NCBI GenBank assembly: GCA_028286615.1
Contig: JAQBRG010000003.1
Span: 13,125 to 77,124, forward strand
Source: Parcubacteria group bacterium
GTDB lineage: Bacteria > Patescibacteriota > Minisyncoccia > Phycocordibacterales > Phycocordibacteraceae
Reading direction: 5' to 3'
Length of the DNA: 64,000 nt
The position numbers and the translations under genes were made by a program. Below are positions 17,210 to 26,828 of this stretch, in pieces. Every line of letters begins with the position of its first letter. The first letter of the stretch is position 1. Below the pieces are notes generated by a model. That model was not told the DNA's origin. It saw only the letters and a list, made by a program, of their open reading frames with translations, and did no database searches.

Positions 17210-18283
17210 TTAGAGACCCTCAGCCTTCAATTCCTCGATAACTTTCTTCGCCTTTCCGGATAACTTCTTAGGGAGTGCAATAGTAAGGCGAATAAGAAGA
17301 TCTCCCTGTACGTTATCTACAGAGACGCCTCTGTTGCGCAGACGGAGTGTTTCTTCGGTTGTGGTCATGGCAGGAATCTTAACCTCGAGCTTCTTGCCTT
17401 CAACGGTCTCAATAGTTGTCGTAGTGCCAGTAAGTGCATCGGTAAGCTTCAGCGGCATGTGCATGATGAGATTCATACCCTCCTTACGGAATACCGGATG
17501 CGGCTTTACGTGTACTTTGATGTAGAGATCTCCTGAAGTGCCTCCCTTAACCGCTTCACCCATTCCTGGCATACGCATCATTTCTCCCCCATCAATACCT
17601 GCAGGGACATCGATGTTGATTTCTTCTTCCTTCTTAAGGATTCCATGTCCAGCACACGTTACGCATCGCTCCTTTGGAATCTTGCCTGTACCCTCACATG
17701 TCGGGCAAGCTCGAACGCTTGTGAATGCGCCAAGTGGAGAGTTGCGTGTCTCGCGAACCTTTCCGTTTCCGTTACAGGTCTTGCACGTATCCATCTCAGT
17801 ACCAGGCTTTGCCCCGCTTCCATTACAGGTGTCACATTTCCCTACCTTGGTTATAAGCACTTGGCGCTTGGTGCCGAGTATCGATTCTTTGAACGAAATC
17901 TCAATATCTATAGAAATATCTCGTCCGCGCTTTACTCGTCCTCGGCCCGAGCCTCCGAAGATATCTCCAAAGCCTTGGAAGAGATCGTTGATATCAAACT
18001 CCATGTTTCCGTTCTGGAAGCCGTTGAAGTCAAAACCTCCGAAGCCAGCAGCTCCGGCTCCTTGTCCCGCATTTCCCCCAAAGCTCTGTCCATACGAGTC
18101 ATACTCACGACGACGCTTGTCGTCATTCAAAATAGAATAGGCTTCAGTTATCTCCTTGAACTTAGCCTCATCCCCGCCTTTGTCGGGATGGTGCTTCTGA
18201 GCAAGCTTCCTGAAAGCTTTCTTTATATCGTCCTGAGTGGCTTTCTTGTCCACGCCGAGGATGTCGTAGTAGTTTTTAGCCAT
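17210..18283 (-). CDS. dnaJ: Chaperone DnaJ
   Basis: J domain with HPD, G/F-rich region, four CxxCxGxG repeats. Confidence 0.97.
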   Translation of the reverse strand: MAKNYYDILGVDKKATQDDIKKAFRKLAQKHHPDKGGDEAKFKEITEAYSILNDDKRRREYDSYGQSFGGNAGQGAGAAGFGGFDFNGFQNGNMEFDINDLFQGFGDIFGGSGRGRVKRGRDISIDIEISFKESILGTKRQVLITKVGKCDTCNGSGAKPGTEMDTCKTCNGNGKVRETRNSPLGAFTSVRACPTCEGTGKIPKERCVTCAGHGILKKEEEINIDVPAGIDGGEMMRMPGMGEAVKGGTSGDLYIKVHVKPHPVFRKEGMNLIMHMPLKLTDALTGTTTTIETVEGKKLEVKIPAMTTTEETLRLRNRGVSVDNVQGDLLIRLTIALPKKLSGKAKKVIEELKAEGL

Positions 18284-18406
18284 ATCAATCAACTATACAC
18301 CTCAATATTTTATGCAGCAAAAGTATAGAAAGTGTGAAGAAAAAAGAGAAGAGCGATGTTTCATTTCTGAAGCATCGCTCTCTATCTTTTTTGAATCTCA
18401 GGGAGA

Positions 18407-18757
18407 CTAAGGCCCTGTTAGAAGTTTCATTGGCGGCGACGCTGGCAGCGACACCATGTCGTTTGCGGGCTGCGTGGATGAGCGAGCTCGAATATGCTTA
18501 CCCTCATCCTGTAGTTCTTTGATAACCCTCCTAATTTCGAAGTGGCTTGGAAACGTATAGAAGTGAGGGTCAGTGGATCCAAGGAAACACTGCAGCCTAA
18601 TCCAGAAGGGATGCCTCCTGTCAGCTCGAAGCTGCAACTCTCTCCGAACCTGCTCTGTAATCTGGCAAGTCCTGATTCTTTCACCGCGCCTTCTTTCTAG
18701 AATGGTGCGGACCAGTTTTTTAGTGCGTTGGTCTCGGTACCATTTGAAAAAGCCCAT
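18407..18757 (-). CDS. Hypothetical basic protein between dnaK and dnaJ
   Basis: 116 aa ORF with a GGGAGG RBS-like sequence upstream; no family recognised. Confidence 0.5.
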   Translation of the reverse strand: MGFFKWYRDQRTKKLVRTILERRRGERIRTCQITEQVRRELQLRADRRHPFWIRLQCFLGSTDPHFYTFPSHFEIRRVIKELQDEGKHIRARSSTQPANDMVSLPASPPMKLLTGP

Positions 18758-18833
18758 TTTTTCCTCCCGGGAACTAGAGCCACTAAAATAGTACTCCTAG
18801 TCTAGATTTTGGCTAGGGTGAATGAGTGTAAAG

Positions 18834-18862
18834 AAAACAGCCTGGGATGCCAGGCTGTTTTT
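18834..18862 (-). terminator. Intrinsic terminator after dnaK
   Basis: AAAACAGCCTGG-gatg-CCAGGCTGTTTT inverted repeat with A/T tails. Confidence 0.8.
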
Positions 18863-18866
18863 ATCG

Positions 18867-20777
18867 CTATGCCTCTGGAGGTTTCTCCGTAAACTCAGCA
18901 TCTGTTGCTCCAGCTTCTGGAGGAGTCTCAGGATTTGGCTGAGCACCTGCTGCGGGCTGGTCTTTCATCATGGCTTCGCCAATCTTTGAGAGCGAAGTCG
19001 AGAGAGCTTCGGACGCAGACTTAATAGCTTCAATGCTATCTCCGTCCTTGGCTGTGCGTAGTGCAGCAATCTTTTCGTTCACCTCAGTTACAACCTCTGC
19101 AGGAGCTTTCTCTCCAGCGTCCTTAATTGCTTTCTCAGCAGTGTAAATCATCTGTTCAGCAATGTTCTTGCTCTCAACAAGCTCCTTTCGCTTGAGGTCT
19201 TCTGAAGCATGCGCTTCTGCGTCTGCTTTCATCTTTTCAATGTCTTCTTTAGAAAGTCCTGTTGAGCCCTCAATACGGATACTCTGCTCTTTGCCCGTTG
19301 TCTTCTCAAGAGCCTTAACGGTTAGGATGCCGTTCGCGTCTACGTCGAATGTAACTTCAACCTGAGGAAGGCCGCGAGGAGCTGGAGGAATGCCCTCAAG
19401 CATGAAGCGTCCAAGAGACTTGTTGTCTGCAGACATGGCGCGTTCTCCTTGAGTAATATGGATTTCTACACCGGTCTGGTTGTCTGCTGCAGTTGAGAAT
19501 GTCTGAGAGCGAGAGGTTGGCACCGCGGTGTTGCGTTCAATGAGCTTAGTTGCAACGCCTCCCATGGTCTCAATGGAAAGTGAAAGGGGGATAACATCAA
19601 CGAGAAGAATATCCTTTACGTCTCCCTGTAGAACTCCCGCCTGAATAGCAGCACCAATAGCCACAACCTCGTCTGGGTTTACATCCATGTGCGGATCCTT
19701 TCCAAAGAGTTTCTTAACCTCTTCCTGAATGCGAGGCATACGTGTCTGGCCACCAACGAGAATAACCTCGCCAATGTCGGCAGCTTTCATGCCTGAAGCT
19801 TCTAGAGCCCGCTTGGTTATGTCTATAGAACGAGTAACAAACTCTTCTGAAAGAGACTCGAGTGTTGCACGCGTGAGCTTAACAAGAAGGTGCTGTGGGT
19901 TGCCGCTTCCGTCTACGGTTATGAACGGAATGTTAACCTCAGTCTCGCTTGCTGTAGAGAGTTCGTGCTTTGCTTTCTCAGCCCCTTCATCAAGGCGCTG
20001 GAGCGCAAGAGGATCCTTGGTTACATCAAGTCCACTCTGCTTCTTAAACTCGTCAGCTATATAGCGAACAATCTTCTGATCTATATCGCGACCTCCCATG
20101 TGTGAGTCTCCATCGGTTGAACGAACTTCAATAGTTAGTTCTCCCGCGTCTCCGATAGCAACTTCAAGTACAGACACGTCGAAGGTTCCTCCTCCGAAGT
20201 CGTACACAACAATCTTCTCGTCTTTCTTTTTATTAAATCCGTATGCAAGAGCAGCGGCAGTTGGTTCGTTGATGATGCGCTTAACATCGAGCCCTGCAAC
20301 CTGCCCTGCGGCCTTAGTTGCTGCACGCTGTGCGTCGTTAAAGTATGCAGGAACGGTAATAACTGCTTCAGTTATTTTTTCTCCAAGCTTTGCCTCGGCA
20401 TCTGCCTTGAGCTTTGAAAGAATCATCGCTGACACTTCCTCAGGACGGTAGTCTTTGTCGCCAAGATGTACCTGTACGCCTCCGTCTGGGCCTGCCTTGA
20501 TCTCATACGGCACAACACCTTTATCGTTCTGAACTGCCTCATCCTTGAAGCTATGTCCCATGAAGCGCTTGATACCGTAGATAGTATTCTTCGGGTTCGT
20601 AACAGCCTGACGCTTTGCGAGCGTTCCAACGAGCCGCTCCCCGTTCTTAGCGATAGCAACAACAGACGGCGTAGTGCGCTGTCCTTCTGCGTTCTCTAGA
20701 ACGCGTGGTTCGCCTCCCTCCATGATTGCCATGGCGGAGTTTGTGGTACCGAGGTCAATGCCAAGAATCTTTGCCAT
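18867..20777 (-). CDS. dnaK: Chaperone DnaK
   Basis: [36 protein letters not shown]. Confidence 0.98.
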   Translation of the reverse strand: MAKILGIDLGTTNSAMAIMEGGEPRVLENAEGQRTTPSVVAIAKNGERLVGTLAKRQAVTNPKNTIYGIKRFMGHSFKDEAVQNDKGVVPYEIKAGPDGGVQVHLGDKDYRPEEVSAMILSKLKADAEAKLGEKITEAVITVPAYFNDAQRAATKAAGQVAGLDVKRIINEPTAAALAYGFNKKKDEKIVVYDFGGGTFDVSVLEVAIGDAGELTIEVRSTDGDSHMGGRDIDQKIVRYIADEFKKQSGLDVTKDPLALQRLDEGAEKAKHELSTASETEVNIPFITVDGSGNPQHLLVKLTRATLESLSEEFVTRSIDITKRALEASGMKAADIGEVILVGGQTRMPRIQEEVKKLFGKDPHMDVNPDEVVAIGAAIQAGVLQGDVKDILLVDVIPLSLSIETMGGVATKLIERNTAVPTSRSQTFSTAADNQTGVEIHITQGERAMSADNKSLGRFMLEGIPPAPRGLPQVEVTFDVDANGILTVKALEKTTGKEQSIRIEGSTGLSKEDIEKMKADAEAHASEDLKRKELVESKNIAEQMIYTAEKAIKDAGEKAPAEVVTEVNEKIAALRTAKDGDSIEAIKSASEALSTSLSKIGEAMMKDQPAAGAQPNPETPPEAGATDAEFTEKPPEA

Positions 20778-20868
20778 AAGGAAAAGTAAAACTAGTTAAT
20801 AAGAATTTAGAAATAGCCCTTCGCACCTGATGTATTCATTTTACTACTCTCGCGCCTAGGTTCAAGGG

Positions 20869-21417
20869 CTAGGCCTCAAAGTGCCCAACACGAACTTTGG
20901 CGGGACGGATAACCATATCCCCAGCCTTCCAGCCTGGTTGAAGGACGAGCGTAACCGCATCGTCCTCATCAGCTTCATGTACCACATCTTGTCCTAAGGC
21001 TTCGTGAAGAACAGGATCGAACTTTTCTCCTTTCTCCCCAAAAGATACAAGACCAAGTTCTTTTGCTGCAGTCTCAAGCTGTCTCGCAATGCCCTGGAAG
21101 CCCTCAGGAAGCTCGGTAGCGAGAGCTAGAGAGTCTAGTGCGGGCAGAATAGCCTTTATGGCTTTCATCTTGCCCAAATCAACTGCGCGTAGCTTGTCTT
21201 CCTCAAAGCGTTTGAGCGCATTTACATAGTCCGCCTTAGCACGCTGCCAACCGTCCATGTATTCCTGTCGCTCTTTCTTAACTTGGTCGAGTTCCTTCTT
21301 GAGCTTGGTTGACTTCGTGTCTGCACGGCTCTCAACAGAATCGAGTTCCTCTTCGCTCATGCCAGCCTCCTCGTGGCCGTCTTGTTCAATTGAAATGTCA
21401 TCCTCATCCATATGCAT
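20869..21417 (-). CDS. grpE: Nucleotide exchange factor GrpE
   Basis: QRAKADYVN, FDPVLHEA, VIRPAKVRV; next to dnaK. Confidence 0.95.
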   Translation of the reverse strand: MHMDEDDISIEQDGHEEAGMSEEELDSVESRADTKSTKLKKELDQVKKERQEYMDGWQRAKADYVNALKRFEEDKLRAVDLGKMKAIKAILPALDSLALATELPEGFQGIARQLETAAKELGLVSFGEKGEKFDPVLHEALGQDVVHEADEDDAVTLVLQPGWKAGDMVIRPAKVRVGHFEA

Positions 21418-21523
21418 TGAATATGCCTGAAGTGGAGGAGAGAGTCAAAGTCCCATGTAGTAGATCATAGTAAATAGAAAAAGGACGGCCACGCTCTTGC
21501 GTTAAGCCGTCCCTTCATGAGTC

Positions 21524-21817
21524 TTATCCGTTCCGGATCTTGTAGTAGATCCAGTTCCAGTCGGAACGCCGGATCACCTTGCGCACGTTCAGAGCCGGCG
21601 ACGCGTCGATCCAGCTGTCAGAACCGTACGGCTCCACCTGGATCCGGTAGGTGCCCCTAATGTCGATGACGAATGCACCGGCGCACTTCTTCGCGGCCTC
21701 CACGTAGGTGTAGCCGCACGGCCTATAAGGGCCGAGGTATCCGGGCCTGGCTTCTGCCGTGGACGCCGTCATGATGGTGACAGACATGCACAAGGCAAGC
21801 AACGTAAACGCACGCAT
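21524..21817 (-). CDS. Hypothetical secreted protein
   Basis: Signal peptide ending AEA; GAGGA RBS; higher GC than neighbours. Confidence 0.65.
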   Translation of the reverse strand: MRAFTLLALCMSVTIMTASTAEARPGYLGPYRPCGYTYVEAAKKCAGAFVIDIRGTYRIQVEPYGSDSWIDASPALNVRKVIRRSDWNWIYYKIRNG

Positions 21818-21895
21818 CTAATCCTCGATTCGAAAGAGTTGAAACTTATATAAGTATACAGTCATTAATAGAAATGTCAAACTACTGCTCTTTTA

Positions 21896-22438
21896 TTAAA
21901 AGAAGCTTAAGATCCAGGAGATAAGAGAATTCCAGATCTGGATGATGCGCGAAGGTGTGTGCTCAGCCGTTGTGGTGGCTTCTGTGCTGGTAGCTGTAGT
22001 GGTGGCAGCAACCTCAACAGGGGCAACTACAGGCGCTGGTTTTTCGTATGCAGTGCAGTATCCAGGAGTTGGCTCGTTCATACAGGCACGCATCGTACAG
22101 ATGCTCTGGCCGTTAGGCCGTTTGCTGCAAGAGTTACAGCCATCGAACCACGCAATACAGCTTGCGGGCGGCTTGTACGGCTCAGTTGGTTTTATGGGGC
22201 CAGATTCTTTCTCGGTACACTCTCCATCATGAATATAGGTTCCCTTTTCAGCTCCAAGGGTGCAGCTGTTGCCGTACGTGTGATACATAGGGTAGCAAGG
22301 CGCGGCAAAGCACTGTACCTGCTGTGCTCCACAGACTGGTTGATACTGTTGAGTACACATTGTTTGTTCTTCAGCACGAACTAGCTGAGGGGCTACTATC
22401 GCCACCAGGAATGCGAGGGGAATAAGAATAGATTTCAT
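21896..22438 (-). CDS. Secreted cysteine-rich protein with Kazal-like and pacifastin-like protease-inhibitor domains
   Basis: Signal peptide; CTQQYQPVCG...TYGNSC...GEC; CIAWFDGCNSC...CTMRAC; Thr-rich stalk and C-terminal amphipathic helix. Confidence 0.72.
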   Translation of the reverse strand: MKSILIPLAFLVAIVAPQLVRAEEQTMCTQQYQPVCGAQQVQCFAAPCYPMYHTYGNSCTLGAEKGTYIHDGECTEKESGPIKPTEPYKPPASCIAWFDGCNSCSKRPNGQSICTMRACMNEPTPGYCTAYEKPAPVVAPVEVAATTTATSTEATTTAEHTPSRIIQIWNSLISWILSFF

Positions 22439-22484
22439 ATGTATAAGTATAGACGGTGTTTATTGCCAACTCTTACTAATACAC

Positions 22485-22505
22485 TGTACTGACAATGTAT
22501 TGACA
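22485..22505 (+). promoter_or_regulatory. Probable dinJ-yafQ operator/promoter
   Basis: Tandem pseudo-palindromes TGTACTGACA and TGTATTGACA; the second contains the -35 hexamer TTGACA, 30 nt upstream of the antitoxin ATG. Confidence 0.55.
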
Positions 22506-22534
22506 CATGAATTCAGCTTATATAAACTGAGTGT

Positions 22535-22804
22535 ATGACAACCACAATTCAGCTTCGAATTGACGAGAAGATGAAAAAAGCTGCTCAATCAGTATTTGAA
22601 AAAATGGGCTTGGATCTCTCAAGTGGGGTGAAGCTATACCTAGCACAGGTTATACAGGAACAAGGCCTTCCATTTACTCCTCGCACCATAAACAGTCTTA
22701 CTCCTGCGTACGAAGCACGTCTTCTCTCTGAAGCGAAGTCTGCTAAGAAAAAAGGTACTTCTTATCGTTCCGCGAAAGCTGCGCTACAAGATATTTTGCC
22801 TTAG
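22535..22804 (+). CDS. dinJ: RelB/DinJ family antitoxin
   Basis: IQLRIDEKMKKAAQSVFEKMGLDLSSGVKLYLAQVIQEQGLPF is a typical RHH DinJ pattern. Confidence 0.88.
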   Translation: MTTTIQLRIDEKMKKAAQSVFEKMGLDLSSGVKLYLAQVIQEQGLPFTPRTINSLTPAYEARLLSEAKSAKKKGTSYRSAKAALQDILP

Positions 22805-22807
22805 TCC

Positions 22808-23083
22808 ATGTATGAGCTTCGCTTCTCTCATCTTGCAAAGAAGTCACTGAAGAAACTTGCTCGAAGCGGTTCATTTGATGCAAAAGGTCTAGAAACAGCT
22901 CTTGACTGCTTTATTGCAGGTACAACTTTGCCGTCTAAATTCAAAGACCATCAACTCAAAGGGGACCTTTCAAGTTTTAGAGAATGCCATCTTGGCTTTG
23001 ATCTGCTTGTGAAGTACGAAAGAGACGAATCACTCAAGATGGTCATCATTGCAGACATAGGAACCCATAACAGTATCTTCTGA
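22808..23083 (+). CDS. yafQ: YafQ/RelE family mRNA interferase toxin
   Basis: KFKDHQLKG, FRECHL..DLLVKY, IGTHNSIF. Confidence 0.9.
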   Translation: MYELRFSHLAKKSLKKLARSGSFDAKGLETALDCFIAGTTLPSKFKDHQLKGDLSSFRECHLGFDLLVKYERDESLKMVIIADIGTHNSIF

Positions 23084-23160
23084 TGTTGACAAATATACTT
23101 AAAAGTGTTAGTCTAAATAACACTGATCTTTAGCAACACTCATTCGCCAAAGGGTTTCCA

Positions 23161-23376
23161 ATGAAAATTCTTTACGCTACTCTCGCCTCGGTTCTGCTGC
23201 TCACCGCCTGCGGAGAAACAAACGAGAAGAAATGCTCACGTCTGTACGACCAAGCGGCTAAATACGAAGCATCCTTTCCTACGCCGGCCGGCCGGCACAT
23301 GCGTCGCAGCAGCCACCGTCTAACGAAGGAAGAGAGTGTGCAGTTCTGTCTCGCCGACCTGCAAGACAAGAACTGA
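23161..23376 (+). CDS. Small hypothetical lipoprotein
   Basis: Lipobox LLTAC; upstream TTGACA promoter; downstream hairpin GGGAGCATCT...AGATGCTCCC. Confidence 0.65.
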   Translation: MKILYATLASVLLLTACGETNEKKCSRLYDQAAKYEASFPTPAGRHMRRSSHRLTKEESVQFCLADLQDKN

Positions 23377-23588
23377 ATTCCGGGAGCATCTTAGCCAGAT
23401 GCTCCCTTGTTTTATATAACTGAGTAAAAAGAATCCCAGACATAAACCTGGGGGGTTTCTTACAAGACTAATGCTTACGAAAGACTTACCATCCAAATTT
23501 TCTAACAGTAAGGTTTTATTGCTCAGTGTAAAACAAAAAGCAACAGTTTTAGCTGTTGCTTAGTTTGTGGCCACGTTGTCCCATTGCC

Positions 23589-24203
23589 TTAGAATACAGG
23601 TTCCACATCATTGTATGGCATGGCTTGAATGGCAGAGTCCTCAGGGAAATCTGCTTTGAGGTTTCGCAGATACCGATTGTACATTCGATACCCTTCCTCT
23701 TGATTCGGAGCAATTCCAACGTAGCGATTCTTGCCCTGCAGAACTATCCGAACTTCCCAGCGACTGCTAGTACGTACCCAGAGCACCCCTCTACGTGATG
23801 AGTATGTTATAAACGCTAGGTTTGATCGCCTGAAATCAAGCAAATGGTCGACTCTACAGACAGGGCCATCAAGCGACCTTCCCATGCGTTCCCATATTAT
23901 ATGGTTTAGAGTCATGCAGGACACTTCCCCAGCAACAGACCGTCGCCTTCGGATTTGAATACTTTGTTGTCTACTCTTGCCGCAGATATTTCCGCACCAA
24001 ATGTATTCTTTCATCACCTCCAGATCTTCAGGAGAGACGAGTACATACCACCCATACAGAGCGGACGGGTTTCGGTTTCTAAGACGACACGCAACAAAGG
24101 GACCTTTCTCGTCACTGCCTTTCACAAAATCACGCCCGATTGCTTGAGCATGAGTGAAGAGAGGCGTGAGCGGCTTCCCGTTAAGCATGACTGGTTTGGC
24201 CAT
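23589..24203 (-). CDS. Degenerate HNH endonuclease-AP2 domain protein
   Basis: RVDHLLDFRRSNL resembles the HNH VDHINxxxLDNRxxNL motif; SSRRGVLW...WEVRI...RYVG...EEGYRMYN is AP2-like. Confidence 0.6.
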   Translation of the reverse strand: MAKPVMLNGKPLTPLFTHAQAIGRDFVKGSDEKGPFVACRLRNRNPSALYGWYVLVSPEDLEVMKEYIWCGNICGKSRQQSIQIRRRRSVAGEVSCMTLNHIIWERMGRSLDGPVCRVDHLLDFRRSNLAFITYSSRRGVLWVRTSSRWEVRIVLQGKNRYVGIAPNQEEGYRMYNRYLRNLKADFPEDSAIQAMPYNDVEPVF

Positions 24204-24300
24204 CTGTCTCTCCCAAATAACAAATACAGCTGCGTGGAGTCTACAAGAAGGGTTGGGTAAGTCAATTTATGCGCCATTACTAATATCTATCTCCTAATTA

Positions 24301-24338
24301 CAAAAAGGACCGCATCCAAACCAAGGCTTGGATGCGGT
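24301..24338 (-). terminator. Intrinsic terminator of the candidate ncRNA
   Basis: CCGCATCCAAGCC-tt-GGTTTGGATGCGG followed by TCCTTTTTTG on the minus strand. Confidence 0.8.
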
Positions 24339-24339
24339 G

Positions 24340-24533
24340 AGGAATTTGTGCATTCGATCATTCTAACGTCTTATTCATTAGACGCATGACGATTTCGGTC
24401 AAGTTTTGAAAAACTCGGCACAACACCGGTCGGCAGAAAGATGGGGGTAGACAGGAGGCGCACAAACCATCTCTCCTTGATGTTGCATGTAGGACAATCC
24501 GACGTATCTCTTCCTTGCGTCTTGCGCGCCTAG
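24340..24533 (-). ncRNA. Candidate 6S-like RNA (long rod with central bubble)
   Basis: Own promoter and terminator; nested helices AGACGCA/UGCGUCU, UCGG/CCGA, GCAACAUC/GGUGUUGU, GGAGAGAUGG/CCAUCUUUCU around a central bubble; the only ORF found is 29 codons. Confidence 0.55.
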
Positions 24534-24539
24534 ACTAAT

Positions 24540-24567
24540 ACTGTAACAAATAAATACTCTTTGTCAA
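24540..24567 (-). promoter_or_regulatory. Sigma70-type promoter for the candidate ncRNA
   Basis: TTGACA-16 nt-TACAGT with an extended -10 TG. Confidence 0.65.
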
Positions 24568-24601
24568 AGAGAAACCCCGTCTTGAAACGGGGTCTTTCTC
24601 T
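24568..24601 (-). terminator. Intrinsic terminator after rpsI
   Basis: AGAGAAACCCCGT-cttgaa-ACGGGGTCTTTCTCT inverted repeat. Confidence 0.8.
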
Positions 24602-24608
24602 TATAAAA

Positions 24609-25010
24609 CTAACGCTTGCTCCACTGAGGACGCTTGCGGGCCTTGAGAAGACCTGGCTTCTTTCGTTCCTTAGCACGAGGATCACGAGTGAGAAGTCCTG
24701 CAGCCTTGAGAGTCTTGCGGCTTCCCTCTTCTGCCTTCTCAACTGCGCGAGCAATAGCATGACGAACTGCCTGAGCCTGAGCTGAGATGCCACCACCCTG
24801 TACCTTTGCTTCTACAGCATAAGTATCTTTCCACTCTCCTGCGCGGAATACGTCGGTGGTAACTGACTCGCGCTCTGCGGTCTTGAAGTAGTCCTTAGCA
24901 GACACACCGTTAACCATAACGGAGGTCTTAGCTGCAGGAGTAAGCTTCACGCGAGCGCTCGCAGTCTTGCGGCGTCCGACAGCGACAGTGTAGTTGGTTG
25001 ATTCGGGCAT
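24609..25010 (-). CDS. rpsI: 30S ribosomal protein S9
   Basis: GRRKTASARV, GGGISAQAQAVRHAIARA, ERKKPGLLKARKRPQWSKR. Confidence 0.97.
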   Translation of the reverse strand: MPESTNYTVAVGRRKTASARVKLTPAAKTSVMVNGVSAKDYFKTAERESVTTDVFRAGEWKDTYAVEAKVQGGGISAQAQAVRHAIARAVEKAEEGSRKTLKAAGLLTRDPRAKERKKPGLLKARKRPQWSKR

Positions 25011-25028
25011 AGTAAATCTCGGGTGCTA

Positions 25029-25412
25029 TTAATCGACGAGCGTAAGACGCTTCATGCGCTCCTTGCGAAGCGAGTTGCGAGGGATCATACCGTCTACGGC
25101 TTTGCGCATAACCTCCCCGATGCCTTTCTTCTCGATAAGCATCTGCATGGTGGTGGTGATAAGACCTCCTGGGTACTGTGTGTAACGTGTGTAGGCTTTT
25201 CCAGCGATACGACGCTCGCTCATAAGAAGCTTTGATACGTTTACAACCTCAACTTCAACAGGAAGCACTTCGTTCTTCATAAAGTGAGGAGACTTCTTGC
25301 CTAGGAGTGCTGATGCAGCCTCAGAAGCAACACGGCCGAGGGACTGGCCCGCTGCATCGATGGTGTAGAGCGTACGCTCTCCTTTCTGAGTCTTAGTGAT
25401 GGTCATAGTCAT
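25029..25412 (-). CDS. rplM: 50S ribosomal protein L13
   Basis: IDAAGQSLGRVAS, YTQYPGGL, AVDGMIPRN; start re-placed downstream of the rplQ stop. Confidence 0.95.
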   Translation of the reverse strand: MTMTITKTQKGERTLYTIDAAGQSLGRVASEAASALLGKKSPHFMKNEVLPVEVEVVNVSKLLMSERRIAGKAYTRYTQYPGGLITTTMQMLIEKKGIGEVMRKAVDGMIPRNSLRKERMKRLTLVD

Positions 25413-25413
25413 G

Positions 25414-25767
25414 TTATACGAAGGCGATGTACGCGGTCTTGCGTCCGTCTGTTGCGGTTGCTGCACGCTTTACGATACGAGTGTATCCTCCAGGACGTTC
25501 AACGTAGCGAGGAGCGATAGAAGCGAAAAGCTTCTTGGTAACCTCGTCATCGTTTCCAAGACGAGCTGATACCAGACGACGGTTCGCTACGCTATCAACG
25601 CGAGCGTGAGAAACAAGCTTCTCGATGATAGGTCGGAGTTCCTTGGCCTTGGCCTCGGTTGTTGAAATACGCTCGTGAATGATGAGCGAACGCATAAGGC
25701 CTCGCATAAGCGCAGTGCGCTGGTCATGCGAGCGTCCAAATGATCGTCCTTTATGTTGATGGCGCAT
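25414..25767 (-). CDS. rplQ: 50S ribosomal protein L17
   Basis: MRHQ..GR, ISTTEAKAKELR, RPGGYTRIVK. Confidence 0.97.
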   Translation of the reverse strand: MRHQHKGRSFGRSHDQRTALMRGLMRSLIIHERISTTEAKAKELRPIIEKLVSHARVDSVANRRLVSARLGNDDEVTKKLFASIAPRYVERPGGYTRIVKRAATATDGRKTAYIAFV

Positions 25768-25803
25768 ACGTAGTTTTTAACACGAATCCTTACTATAGGC
25801 TAC

Positions 25804-26778
25804 TTATTCGCCTTTGAGCTCCAAACCGAGCTTGTCGAGGGCTTCAGCGATCTCAGTTACGGCCTTGTCGCCGATACCATCCATCTCCTTAAGCTGCGTG
25901 CCGGTCTTGCGAACGAGACCTGCTACAGACTTGATACCTCCCTCTTCTAGGGCGGCTGAGATGCGAGGGCTGAGCTCGAGTTCCTCAATCTTTACCTTAG
26001 CGGGATCCTTGCCCACTGCAGGCGCTACAACGGCCGCAGGCTTTGCCATACCAGCAATTGCAGGAATTGATACGTCATGAGTCTCGGTCTCCTCCTGGAA
26101 GCCAATTACAGACTTAAGCTGGTGGATCATGATCTCAATTGAGCGCTCAAGAGCCTCACGAGGTGTGATGGTTCCGTTGGTCTCAATAAGAAGGCGAAGA
26201 CGGTTGAAGTCTGTTCGGTCTCCAACGCGCATGTTCTCAACTTCGTAGTTGGCACGGCGAATAGGAGTGAACGTAGCATCAAGAGCGATAGTACCGATGT
26301 CTACCTTGTCGCGGGTAAGAACCTCGCGAGGTACGTAGCCAAGACCGCGCTCGATGGTTGCCTCAAGTTCAAAAGCGATCTTGCCAGAAACGTCAGCAAT
26401 GTGTGCTTCTGGGTTAGCAATACCAACCTGGGTTGGAAGCTGGAAATCTGCTGCAGTTACTTGCTTAGGACCTTTTACTGAAAGACGAATGGTCTGCGCC
26501 TCGTCTCCCTGAAGAGTGAAGTGTACGCGCTTAAGGTTAAGGAGAACCTCCATAACTGATTCGCGAACACCTTCCATGGTTGCGAATTCGTGCTGTACGC
26601 CCTCAATCTTTACAGACGTAACGGACGCTCCTGGAAGTGAGGAAAGAATAATACGGCGAAGCGAGTTTCCGAGTGTGTGACCGTATCCAGGGTATAGAGA
26701 ATCGATCTCATATACGCCCTGTACGCCCTCTTCAGAGACTACGCGAGGCTTAGACGGAAGTGTGATGTGGTGTTCCAT
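25804..26778 (-). CDS. rpoA: RNA polymerase alpha subunit
   Basis: PGYGHTLGNSLRRIILSSLPG, HEFATMEGVRE, alpha-CTD. Confidence 0.98.
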   Translation of the reverse strand: MEHHITLPSKPRVVSEEGVQGVYEIDSLYPGYGHTLGNSLRRIILSSLPGASVTSVKIEGVQHEFATMEGVRESVMEVLLNLKRVHFTLQGDEAQTIRLSVKGPKQVTAADFQLPTQVGIANPEAHIADVSGKIAFELEATIERGLGYVPREVLTRDKVDIGTIALDATFTPIRRANYEVENMRVGDRTDFNRLRLLIETNGTITPREALERSIEIMIHQLKSVIGFQEETETHDVSIPAIAGMAKPAAVVAPAVGKDPAKVKIEELELSPRISAALEEGGIKSVAGLVRKTGTQLKEMDGIGDKAVTEIAEALDKLGLELKGE

Positions 26779-26828
26779 AACTCAATCAATGTTAACCAAA
26801 ATGTATAAAAGCACTGAGCACCTACGGA

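Noticed and set aside
20778-21480. CIRCE operator upstream of grpE or dnaK
   Set aside because: No TTAGCACTC-N9-GAGTGCTAA is seen; only sigma70-like boxes are present.
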